A DNA stretch of 64,000 bases, from the sequence record DRR723986_6657; one strand, given 5' to 3'. Both the position numbers and the translations under genes were made by a program. Of the stretch, positions 31,462 through 39,793 are shown piece by piece (position 1 is the first letter of the stretch; the number at the start of each line of letters is the position of its first letter). The notes beneath the pieces were generated by a model. That model saw only the letters and a list, made by a program, of their open reading frames with translations. It did no database searches and was not told the DNA's origin.

Positions 31462-31579
31462 GGGACCGCTCCGGGTTTGAATCAGGGTCATTCCCGCGTG
31501 AGTCTGGACCTGTGGGCGTCAAGGATGGGTTAACGCCAGCGCAGACTCCATTAACACTTGCCCGTACGAGGCCATTTTC

Positions 31580-32941
31580 ATGCACAAGAGTTTCACCACC
31601 GGTGCCGACGGGGCGGTCAGCGTCTGGCTGTATACCGCTGATGCCTTCAAATCCCTGGAGAACGATCCGTTCCCTTCCGCCCGTGCGATTGCAACGGCGC
31701 AGACGTTCAAGGGCGGGGCAGGGCAGATGGTGCTGGTGCCGGGCCCGGAAGGTGGCCTTGCGCATGTTCTGGGCGGTATCGGCGACGGAAAGGATGCGCT
31801 GGCAGTCGCTGCGCTCTCGGGCAAGCTGCCGGAAGGGGTCTATGAAATCGCGGCAGATGGTGGCCTGTCCATGGCGTCCATTGCGGCTGGCTGGGCGGAC
31901 GGGGCCTACAGGTTCGAGCGGTACCTGAAAGAAAAGTCCAGCCCGCCGCAGCTCGTGATCCCGGAGGGCGATGTGGGAGACGCGCTGTCGGCGGAAGCGG
32001 ACTCCATCGCCTTGTTGCGGGATCTCGTGAACACACCGGCCGGCGACATGACTCCGGCGGGCATTCAGCAGACCGTCGAAAAGTTGGCGGAGGAATTCGG
32101 TGCGAAGCTGACCGCGATTGTTGGCGACGCCCTGCTGGAGCAGAACTACCCCATGATCCATGCCGTTGGCCGCGCGGCCAAGGCGGCGCCGCGCTTCCTG
32201 GAACTGGAATGGGGCGATGCGTCGAAGCCGAAGCTCGCGCTTGTCGGCAAGGGGGTGACCTTCGATTCCGGCGGGCTCGACATCAAGCCGGGCAGTGGCA
32301 TGCGGATCATGAAGAAAGACATGGGTGGTTCCGCCCATGTCATTGCGCTGGCACGCCTCGTCATGGCGACAAAACTGCCGGTGCATTTGAAGCTGTACGT
32401 GCCAACGGTCGAAAATGCGATCAGCGGCGATGCGTTCCGGCCGGGCGATATCCTGTCGTCCCGCAAGGGCCTGACGGTCGAGATCGACAATACGGATGCC
32501 GAGGGCCGGCTGATCCTGGCGGATGCGCTGGCGCGGGCCTCCGAAGGGGGGCCTGATCTGCTGATCGACTTTGCGACGCTCACCGGTGCGGCCCGTGTCG
32601 CGCTCGGGGCGGATCTCGCGCCGGTCTACTCCGATGACGAGCAACTGGTCGCCGATATCCTTGAGGGTTCAGCACAGTCCGGCGACCCGGTCTGGCGCAT
32701 GCCGCTCTGGGATCCCTACCTGGCGGAGTTGAAGAGCCCGATTGCCGACCTCGTAAACTCCGGCAGCAGCTTTGGCGGCTCGATCACTGCAGGTCTCTTC
32801 CTGAAGCAATTCGTCGACGCAAAGAGCTGGGCGCACTTCGACGTCTGGGCCTGGCGCAAAACCAAATATGGCCGGCCGGAAGGCGCAGCTGCCTGCGGGC
32901 TGCGGGCTGTCTGGACGATGCTTCAGAAGCGCTACCGCTAA
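31580..32941 (+). CDS. M17 leucyl aminopeptidase family protein
   Basis: VGKGVTFDSGG, MKKDMGG, NTDAEGRL, ATLTGA. Confidence 0.93.
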   Translation: MHKSFTTGADGAVSVWLYTADAFKSLENDPFPSARAIATAQTFKGGAGQMVLVPGPEGGLAHVLGGIGDGKDALAVAALSGKLPEGVYEIAADGGLSMASIAAGWADGAYRFERYLKEKSSPPQLVIPEGDVGDALSAEADSIALLRDLVNTPAGDMTPAGIQQTVEKLAEEFGAKLTAIVGDALLEQNYPMIHAVGRAAKAAPRFLELEWGDASKPKLALVGKGVTFDSGGLDIKPGSGMRIMKKDMGGSAHVIALARLVMATKLPVHLKLYVPTVENAISGDAFRPGDILSSRKGLTVEIDNTDAEGRLILADALARASEGGPDLLIDFATLTGAARVALGADLAPVYSDDEQLVADILEGSAQSGDPVWRMPLWDPYLAELKSPIADLVNSGSSFGGSITAGLFLKQFVDAKSWAHFDVWAWRKTKYGRPEGAAACGLRAVWTMLQKRYR

Positions 32942-32974
32942 AATCCGAGACATCAGTGCCCCGCAGGGAGTGTG

Positions 32975-33015
32975 TTGACGAATTCCATATTTCCAGTATC
33001 GTAGAAATATGGAAT
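32975..33015 (+). promoter_or_regulatory. ars promoter and ArsR operator
   Basis: -35 TTGACG at 32975 and -10 TATCGT at 32997. A 12-bp inverted repeat ATTCCATATTTC-N10-GAAATATGGAAT spans the arsR ATG. Confidence 0.75.
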
Positions 33016-33344
33016 CAAAAGCTGCTCTCTCGCAATTGTCCGCGCTCGCTCAGGAAAACCGGCTGGCCGTGTTCCGTCTTCTGGTGAAAGCCGGGCATGA
33101 CGGCCTGCCCGCCGGGGACATCGCAGCGACCCTTGGCGTACCCCCGAACACGCTGTCATCGCAGCTCAATATTCTGTCGAATGCGGGCCTTATCGAAGGC
33201 AACCGGCAGGGGCGGTCCATCATCTATACAGCCAACTACGACACCATCAGTGGACTGATCGTGTTCCTGATGGAAGACTGCTGCCAGGGCCGGGAAGAGG
33301 TTTGCACCCCCATTATGGCGGCCGCGCAATCTGCGTGTTGCTGA
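33009..33344 (+). CDS. arsR: ArsR/SmtB repressor with C-terminal Cys site
   Basis: LAQENRLAVFRLL, TLSSQL, GRSIIY, EDCCQGREEVC...ACC. Confidence 0.92.
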   Translation: MESKAALSQLSALAQENRLAVFRLLVKAGHDGLPAGDIAATLGVPPNTLSSQLNILSNAGLIEGNRQGRSIIYTANYDTISGLIVFLMEDCCQGREEVCTPIMAAAQSACC

Positions 33345-33367
33345 AATCCCACCGGAAAGGAAACATC

Positions 33368-33856
33368 ATGAAGCGTCTCCATGTGCACATCGCGGTGGAC
33401 AACCTCCAGCGCTCGATCGACTTCTACTCCACCTTGTTCGACGCCCCGCCAAGCGTGCTGAAGGACGACTACGCCAAATGGATGCTGGACGATCCACGCG
33501 TGAACCTCGCTATCAGTGCCCGCGGCGCGGCGCCGGGTGTCGAGCATCTTGGCATTCAGGCAGAGGATTCCGCTGAGCTCGCTGAAGTGTATGACCGGCT
33601 GAAGCGGGCAGACGCGCCTGTGCTCGAAGAAGGGCAGACGGTCTGCTGCTATGCCCAGTCGGAGAAGAGCTGGATCGCTGATCCGGCGGGCGTGCCGTGG
33701 GAAGTGTTCCACACGACCGGAGACAGCGCTGTCTATGGCGGCGGGCCGGAACTGAATGACGGACGGCTGGCCTCAACACCGACCGGCATGGCGGTGGAGC
33801 GGGCCTGCTGCGCACCGGCCTTCGCTGAACCGAAAAGCTCCGGCTGCTGCGGCTGA
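33368..33856 (+). CDS. arsI: ArsI/CadI-family VOC metalloenzyme (putative organoarsenical C-As lyase)
   Basis: [41 protein letters not shown]; further CC pairs at the C-terminus. Confidence 0.82.
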   Translation: MKRLHVHIAVDNLQRSIDFYSTLFDAPPSVLKDDYAKWMLDDPRVNLAISARGAAPGVEHLGIQAEDSAELAEVYDRLKRADAPVLEEGQTVCCYAQSEKSWIADPAGVPWEVFHTTGDSAVYGGGPELNDGRLASTPTGMAVERACCAPAFAEPKSSGCCG

Positions 33857-33860
33857 AGCC

Positions 33861-34883
33861 ATGGGAGCGTTCGAGAAATACCTGTCGGTCTGGGTCGGTC
33901 TTTGCATTCTCGCAGGGATCGGCCTCGGGGCATTGGTGCCCGGCGTGTTCTCGGCGCTGGCGGCGCTGGAATATGCGAATGTGAATTTCGCGGTCGCCAT
34001 CCTGATCTGGGCGATGGTCTGGCCCATGATGATCGGCATCGACTTCTCGGCCATGCGCCGGGTCGGCGATAGACCGAAGGGGCTGATCATCACATTGGTG
34101 GTGAACTGGCTGATCAAGCCCTTTACCATGGCCATGCTGGGCGTTCTGTTCTTTCGCCATATCTTTGCTGACCTCATCCCCGCTGCGGATGCGGAGGGCT
34201 ATATCGCCGGCCTGATCCTGCTGGGGGCGGCGCCGTGCACGGCCATGGTCTTCGTGTGGTCCCAGCTGACACGCGGCGATCCGAACTACACGCTGGTGCA
34301 GGTTAGCGTGAACGATGCGGTGATGGTGTTCGCCTTCGCCCCGATTGTGGCCTTCCTGCTGGGCGTGACGGAGATCAGCGTGCCCTGGGAAACGCTGCTC
34401 CTGTCGGTGGCTTTGTATGTCGTGATTCCGCTGGTCGCGGGTATCCTCGCACGCAATGCCCTGTCGCGGCGGGGTGGGGAGGCAGCGGTGACCAGCTTCA
34501 CCCACCGGATCAAACCCCTGTCCGTGATAGGATTGCTGGCGACCGTCATCCTGTTGTTCGGTTTCCAGAGCGGCACGATTCTGGCGCAGCCTGCCGTCAT
34601 CGTGCTGATCGCCGTGCCGATCCTGATCCAGTCCTATGGCATCTTTGCGCTGGCCTATGCTGCGGCCTGGGCCTGGAAAGTGCCGCACCGGATTGCCGCG
34701 CCCTGCGCGCTGATCGGGACATCCAATTTCTTTGAGCTGGCGGTCGCCGTCGCGATCAGCCTGTTTGGCCTGAACTCCGGCGCAGCATTGGCGACAGTGG
34801 TCGGCGTGCTGGTCGAAGTGCCGGTGATGCTTTCGCTGGTCGCGTTCGCCAATCGTACGCGGCAGGCATTTCCCGAGAACTGA
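33861..34883 (+). CDS. acr3: Acr3 arsenite efflux transporter
   Basis: [48 protein letters not shown]. Confidence 0.95.
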   Translation: MGAFEKYLSVWVGLCILAGIGLGALVPGVFSALAALEYANVNFAVAILIWAMVWPMMIGIDFSAMRRVGDRPKGLIITLVVNWLIKPFTMAMLGVLFFRHIFADLIPAADAEGYIAGLILLGAAPCTAMVFVWSQLTRGDPNYTLVQVSVNDAVMVFAFAPIVAFLLGVTEISVPWETLLLSVALYVVIPLVAGILARNALSRRGGEAAVTSFTHRIKPLSVIGLLATVILLFGFQSGTILAQPAVIVLIAVPILIQSYGIFALAYAAAWAWKVPHRIAAPCALIGTSNFFELAVAVAISLFGLNSGAALATVVGVLVEVPVMLSLVAFANRTRQAFPEN

Positions 34884-34895
34884 TCGGAGCTGCGT

Positions 34896-35780
34896 TTGCG
34901 TATCCTCTTTCTTTGTGTTGCCAATTCGGCACGTAGTCAGATGGCTGAGGGGCTTGCTCGCCACTTGTTCGGTCCTGATGCTCAGATCGCGAGTGCAGGA
35001 TCAAATCCCACCCGGCCGAACCCTTATGCAATCGAAGCCATGCAGGAAAAGGGAATCGACATTACCGGACACACGTCCAAATCCGTCGATGACTTCCGAG
35101 CCGAAGATTTCGATTTTGTGATCACACTCTGCGCGGAGGAAGTATGCCCCTTCCTGCCAGGCTCCACGCACCGGCTCCATTGGGCAATTGATGATCCCGC
35201 AATTGATGATCCCAGTATCGACCCGGATGAGATGCGAGCCCGCTTTTCAAGGGCGCGCGATCAGATCGAGGCGCGGTTGAAGATTTTTGCGGCCTTGCAG
35301 GGGTTGCCAGAAGGCCCGGCATCACAGGAGTTCCATGCAAGTATCCGTGTTGGGGACATGCCGACCAGCGTACGGTTCTACGCTTGGCTGTTCAATATCT
35401 GGCCGAAGGAGTGGACCCATCGGTTTGCGACCTTCATTCGGCCAGACCTGAATCTGAATTTTGTTCTACTTGTCTCCGATGGCAAGCAATTGGCCGGCGA
35501 TACACTCTACCATCTGGGCATCGAAGTGGCGGACCGGGACGCTGTTGTCGACGCCTATGAGAGAGCGTTGGTCTTTGGCGCTCATGTGGAGAAACCGCCG
35601 CGTTCGACCTGGCGCGGGACCCCCTTGCACGAGTTGTGGCTGCGGGACCCGGACGGCACGTTGATCGAGATATATGCGCGCATGACCGATACCGAACTTG
35701 CGGCAATGCCTGACGACAAAGAGCCTGTTTTTCTCGTGCCCGGCACCGGTCAACATACGCTTGAAAGGGTGGGATCATGA
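34896..35780 (+). CDS. Thioredoxin-type (LMW-PTP) arsenate reductase fused to a C-terminal VOC/glyoxalase domain
   Basis: N-terminal half: [32 protein letters not shown]-terminal half: [30 protein letters not shown] start. Confidence 0.82.
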   Translation: MRILFLCVANSARSQMAEGLARHLFGPDAQIASAGSNPTRPNPYAIEAMQEKGIDITGHTSKSVDDFRAEDFDFVITLCAEEVCPFLPGSTHRLHWAIDDPAIDDPSIDPDEMRARFSRARDQIEARLKIFAALQGLPEGPASQEFHASIRVGDMPTSVRFYAWLFNIWPKEWTHRFATFIRPDLNLNFVLLVSDGKQLAGDTLYHLGIEVADRDAVVDAYERALVFGAHVEKPPRSTWRGTPLHELWLRDPDGTLIEIYARMTDTELAAMPDDKEPVFLVPGTGQHTLERVGS

Positions 35781-36196
35781 TTGTCATCCATCACAATCCA
35801 GACTGCGGCACCTCGCGGAACGTGCTGGCGACAATTGAGGCGAGCGGTGAAACGCCCATCGTGATCGATTACCTGACAGAGGGCTGGACGCGGCCGCAGT
35901 TGCTGGGTCTGTTCGCCGCCGCGGGGTTGACGCCTCGCAGCGCCCTGAGGGAGACCAAGTCACCCGCGAAGGAGCTGGGCCTGCTTGAGCCGGGCGTCAG
36001 CGAAGAGGTGATCTTCAAGGCGATGCTGGAATGCCCCGTCCTGGTGAACCGGCCCATCGTGTGCAGCCCGAAAGGTGTACGCCTGTGCCGGCCGAGCGAG
36101 GCGGTGCTGGACCTGTTGGAATCCCTGCCGCCAGGCCCGTTCTACAAGGAAGACGGCGCGCTTCTGATTGACGAAAATGGCCAGCGTTTGGGCTGA
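35777..36196 (+). CDS. arsC: Glutaredoxin-type arsenate reductase ArsC
   Basis: [23 protein letters not shown]. Confidence 0.93.
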   Translation: MIVIHHNPDCGTSRNVLATIEASGETPIVIDYLTEGWTRPQLLGLFAAAGLTPRSALRETKSPAKELGLLEPGVSEEVIFKAMLECPVLVNRPIVCSPKGVRLCRPSEAVLDLLESLPPGPFYKEDGALLIDENGQRLG

Positions 36197-36199
36197 GGC

Positions 36200-36889
36200 C
36201 TAGTCGGTTTCCAGACGCTCGATCGGTCCGCCAGCATCCGCCTGCAGGCGCAACGCTTCGCGCACCTGGCCGCGCAGGACGAGCGTGTAGATGTCTTCCG
36301 GGTCTGCTTCCATCGCCGCGTTCACGTCCAGCATGGCCTTGTCCGGCTCGCCTTTGGCGAGCCAGGCGGCGCCGCGCATCTGGTAGGCCTCGGCATGGTC
36401 AGGCACGCGCATCAGCACGGCGTCGAGGTCTTCGATGGCTTTGTCATAATTCTCCAGCAGGATGTGGGCCGAGGCCCGGTCCAGCAGCAGCTCAGGCGCG
36501 TCGGGCGCAATTTTCAGTGCGCCGTCGAAGGCCTGCAGGGCGGAGTCCGGATCCTCGGCCTCAATCCACGCGTTCCCAGCTTGCGAGAGATACGCCGCGC
36601 GCTGTTCCAGCGTGCCGCCATCCGTTGAATTTGCGAGGTTTTTCAGCCGCTCGGCGCCTTCCGCCTGATGGCCGAGGGCGATCAACGCCATGGCCGTACA
36701 CTGGCGCGCGCCGGGGCGGTTGCCCTGGTAGAGCCAGGCGAGGCCATCTTCATAAGCGTCGTCCGGATCGGTCTCGATCTTGGCGAGGCAGGCCTCCAGC
36801 CGGGCCTGTTCCTCAGCGGCGATACGTTCGCCAGCCGACGTGGTCTGCAGGAAGGCGAGCGACACGGCGGCGAGTGTGAGAAGGGGCAT
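36200..36889 (-). CDS. Secreted tetratricopeptide-repeat protein
   Basis: Signal-like N-terminus, QAGNAW and TPR-type helices. Confidence 0.78.
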   Translation of the reverse strand: MPLLTLAAVSLAFLQTTSAGERIAAEEQARLEACLAKIETDPDDAYEDGLAWLYQGNRPGARQCTAMALIALGHQAEGAERLKNLANSTDGGTLEQRAAYLSQAGNAWIEAEDPDSALQAFDGALKIAPDAPELLLDRASAHILLENYDKAIEDLDAVLMRVPDHAEAYQMRGAAWLAKGEPDKAMLDVNAAMEADPEDIYTLVLRGQVREALRLQADAGGPIERLETD

Positions 36890-36950
36890 GGATCGGACAC
36901 TCCGGAACCTGTAACAAACCTCATAGATACAAAGGGATCAGCACAGGCAA

Positions 36951-37829
36951 ATGACAGTTCAGCCATCTCTGCTTTTTGTCGCCGGGCTTGGCTATAGTGC
37001 CACACAGCTGGCGCGGATCTGGCCGGGGCCTGTCGCCGGCACGGTGCGCAGCGAGGCGAAGGCGGCGGCGCTGCGGGCAGACGGCATCGCCGCCCGCGTC
37101 TGGGATGGCGAGAGCCCGTTTCAGTTGCCCGCCAACGCATGCCTGCTGGTGACGATCCCGCCGGATGCGCATGGATGCCCCGTGCTGCGCCATGTGCAGA
37201 CCGGACCAGGCCATGATCATACCGGACTAAGCGATGATCTTGTCGTCATTTATCTGTCCACAACCGGTGTCTATGGCGACCTTGCCGGCGGCTGGGCGTT
37301 CGAGTGGAGCAAGCCCGACCCGCAGAGCCGCCGCGCCAAGGCCCGCGCCCTCGCCGAGACCCAGTGGCGCGAGGCCACAAACGGCCGCGCCAGCCTCGTG
37401 CGCCTGCCGGGCATCTATGGTCCCGGCCGCTCCGCCTTCGACCGGCTGAGGGAAGGAACGGCCCGGCGCATCGTGAAGCCGGGGCAGGTCTTCTCCCGCG
37501 TGCATGTGGACGATATCGCGACCGGCCTTCTGGCCCTTCACCAGCGCCCGGAGGCGGCCGCGCAGGCAGGGGGCGTGTTCCACCTCTGCGACGACGAACC
37601 CGCCCCGCCGCAGGATGTGATCGCCTACGCCGCGGAATTGCTCGGCATCGACCCGCCGCCGGAAATCCCGTTTGACGACGCAGACCTCAGCCCCATGGCC
37701 CGCAGCTTCTATGCCGAGTGCAAACGCATCTCCAATGCCCGCACCAAGGCGGCCCTGGGCTGGCGTCCCCAATACCCCACCTACCGCGAAGGCCTCGCCG
37801 CGGTTCTGGCGGGGGAGGCGGGAACCTAG
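36951..37829 (+). CDS. Atypical SDR / NAD-dependent epimerase family protein
   Basis: GLGYSA, YLSTTGVYGD, RLPGIYGPGR, FSRVHVDD, YPTYREGL. Confidence 0.88.
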   Translation: MTVQPSLLFVAGLGYSATQLARIWPGPVAGTVRSEAKAAALRADGIAARVWDGESPFQLPANACLLVTIPPDAHGCPVLRHVQTGPGHDHTGLSDDLVVIYLSTTGVYGDLAGGWAFEWSKPDPQSRRAKARALAETQWREATNGRASLVRLPGIYGPGRSAFDRLREGTARRIVKPGQVFSRVHVDDIATGLLALHQRPEAAAQAGGVFHLCDDEPAPPQDVIAYAAELLGIDPPPEIPFDDADLSPMARSFYAECKRISNARTKAALGWRPQYPTYREGLAAVLAGEAGT

Positions 37830-38414
37830 TCAGGCGGCGGAGGGGTCCGCCGCCAGCAGTTTCTCCCGCGCGGCGCGCCATTCCATGAGGCCCACGACAC
37901 ACATGGCGAGGAAGATGCCATAGAGTCCGGCCGTCAGCCACAGGCCCTTCACCGCATAGAGCGGGATGTAGATCAGGTCCGCCGCGATCCATAGCCACCA
38001 ATTGGCGATCCATTTGCGCGACAGCATGAACTGCGCGACGAGGCTGAGCGCCGTGGTAATCGCGTCCCATCCGGCAACGGTAGAGTCTGTGTAGCGGGAG
38101 AGGCCGAACTGGATCGCCGCCCAGATCACGCCCACGGTGGCAAGGCAGGCGAGGAATTGCGGCAGCGTGGGATTGTGCACTTTCAGCGCAGTGTGATCCT
38201 CACCCCCGCGCAGCCAGGAATACCAGCCATAGAGCGCCAGCCCGAAATACACCACCTGTAGCCCGGCATCGGCATAGAGCCCTGAGCCGATGAACAGTAC
38301 AAAGAAGAAAATATAATTCGCGATCCCGACCGGGAAGTTCCAGATATTCCGTTTCACAACGAGCCAGACGCAAAGCGCGCCGGTGACGAAGCCCGCAATT
38401 TCAGTCCAGGTCAT
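37830..38414 (-). CDS. pnuC: PnuC-family (nicotinamide riboside/vitamin) transporter
   Basis: CVWL, WNFPVG, LYADAGLQ, YGWYSW, WDAITT, WLWIAAD. Confidence 0.88.
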   Translation of the reverse strand: MTWTEIAGFVTGALCVWLVVKRNIWNFPVGIANYIFFFVLFIGSGLYADAGLQVVYFGLALYGWYSWLRGGEDHTALKVHNPTLPQFLACLATVGVIWAAIQFGLSRYTDSTVAGWDAITTALSLVAQFMLSRKWIANWWLWIAADLIYIPLYAVKGLWLTAGLYGIFLAMCVVGLMEWRAAREKLLAADPSAA

Positions 38415-38460
38415 GTTTGGAGTGCGCCTTCATGGAGTGGAAAAGCAGGAAACGGCGTGG

Positions 38461-38952
38461 TTAGGGAAACACTGGGGCATTGAGGTTTTCAAATTGTGAG
38501 ACGAAGTTTGCAAGCTGAGGTAGGGGCGGAATCTCATCATAGAGTGCATTCAGTATGAATAATGCACTCTCTAAAAGATCGTTGTCTCTTTGGTTGTCAG
38601 TGTTCTTGTCGCCGTGCACGAGATTGTTGCGAATGGTTTCGACACAACCAAGAAGTTGCTCTACGTTGGTCGGTGCTGCTGGGTTGTTCATCCATTGTGC
38701 GTCTCGCTCTCCCAAGCGGACGAGTGATTTCGGTGAAGTATCGAAAATGACTGATGTCTCATGCGCCGAACTCATTTTTTCGAAAAAATCTTGAGGAACT
38801 GCGTCGGCGAAGGTTCTCCATGCTGCGGCAGCGTGCCTTGTTTTCCTGAAGCCACCACGCTTCATGGCAAACTCATATCGTGCGAACACAACAAAGAGAT
38901 TCCAGCCTTGGCGGGGCGCTTTATCTCTTAGTCGATCCTGTAAGTTTGGCAT
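38461..38952 (-). CDS. Low-GC hypothetical protein with HEPN-like R-x4-H motif
   Basis: FARYEFAMK and IRNNLVHGDK; visibly AT-richer than its neighbours. GAGG RBS. Confidence 0.65.
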   Translation of the reverse strand: MPNLQDRLRDKAPRQGWNLFVVFARYEFAMKRGGFRKTRHAAAAWRTFADAVPQDFFEKMSSAHETSVIFDTSPKSLVRLGERDAQWMNNPAAPTNVEQLLGCVETIRNNLVHGDKNTDNQRDNDLLESALFILNALYDEIPPLPQLANFVSQFENLNAPVFP

Positions 38953-39269
38953 ATTTCCTCATCCCAACCTCTTGGTAATGAAAATCCTTGAGCCATAAAA
39001 CCCCGGTCTTCAGCCTCCAGCCTAACGAAGCTCCCAGCTTCTAGCACTGTCTAAGGTCCACGTCCGTTATTGTATTCTCCGCTAAAACTTACTTCCGGAG
39101 TCTGAGCACTGGTGCAGGCAATCAGGAGGAGGTCGTACGTGGTGAAAGTGCCGCCCTCTTTATTTGCGGCGAAGGCGGCCTCGGCCGTCTGGCGCGCGCC
39201 ACCGGGGCGGGTATGATATACGCTCAATCATCCGGCGATTTCACAGTCGTAAAAACAGGGAGGCACGCC

Positions 39270-39638
39270 ATGAGCAATGAAGAGGTGATCCGGGATTTTA
39301 TTGTGGCCTGGTCGCGGCTGAATGTGGACGAGCTGGTGAGCTTCTTTGCCGAGGACGGCATCTATCACAACATGCCGACGGGCCCGGTGCAGGGGCATGA
39401 GGCCCTGCGCAAGTTCATCGGCGGCTTCATCAATGGCTGGAGCGAGACGACCTGGGATGTCCTGACACTGATGTCAGCCGGGGACACGGTGATCGCCGAA
39501 CGCCTCGACCGCACTGTCGCGCATGGCAAGCAGATCGACCTGCCTTGTTGCGGGGTTTTCGAGATGAAAGACGGCAAGATCGCCGTCTGGCGCGACTATT
39601 TTGACCTCGCCACCTATATGAAGCCGCTGGGCGGGTGA
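39270..39638 (+). CDS. Limonene-1,2-epoxide hydrolase family (NTF2/SnoaL fold)
   Basis: YHNMP, ERLD, GVFE, WRDYFD. GGGAGG RBS. Confidence 0.87.
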   Translation: MSNEEVIRDFIVAWSRLNVDELVSFFAEDGIYHNMPTGPVQGHEALRKFIGGFINGWSETTWDVLTLMSAGDTVIAERLDRTVAHGKQIDLPCCGVFEMKDGKIAVWRDYFDLATYMKPLGG

Positions 39639-39709
39639 TCGCACACCCTTTGCTTTGACGTTCTGTTCCTGGCGGGGGCTGGAGGATAAACAGAGCTCCT
39701 CGCAACTTT

Positions 39710-39724
39710 TGCAAATAGGTCGCA
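39710..39724. promoter_or_regulatory. Fur-box-like site
   Basis: TGCAA-atagg-TCGCA, one mismatch to the Caulobacter-type TGCGA-N5-TCGCA, upstream of a TonB receptor. Confidence 0.55.
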
Positions 39725-39793
39725 CTTGCATTCTCAATCTGTCTCCAATAAACAGCCGCGACCTGAATAGACAATTAGCGGAGCGAGGGCAGC

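Noticed and set aside
31525-31556. CtrA site between tadD and the aminopeptidase gene
   Set aside because: The two TTAAC half-sites are 17 nt apart rather than 7, so a full site is unsupported.
39640-39793. Cobalamin or TPP riboswitch ahead of the TonB receptor
   Set aside because: The spacer is too short and lacks B12-box or TPP core motifs; a Fur-like box is present instead.
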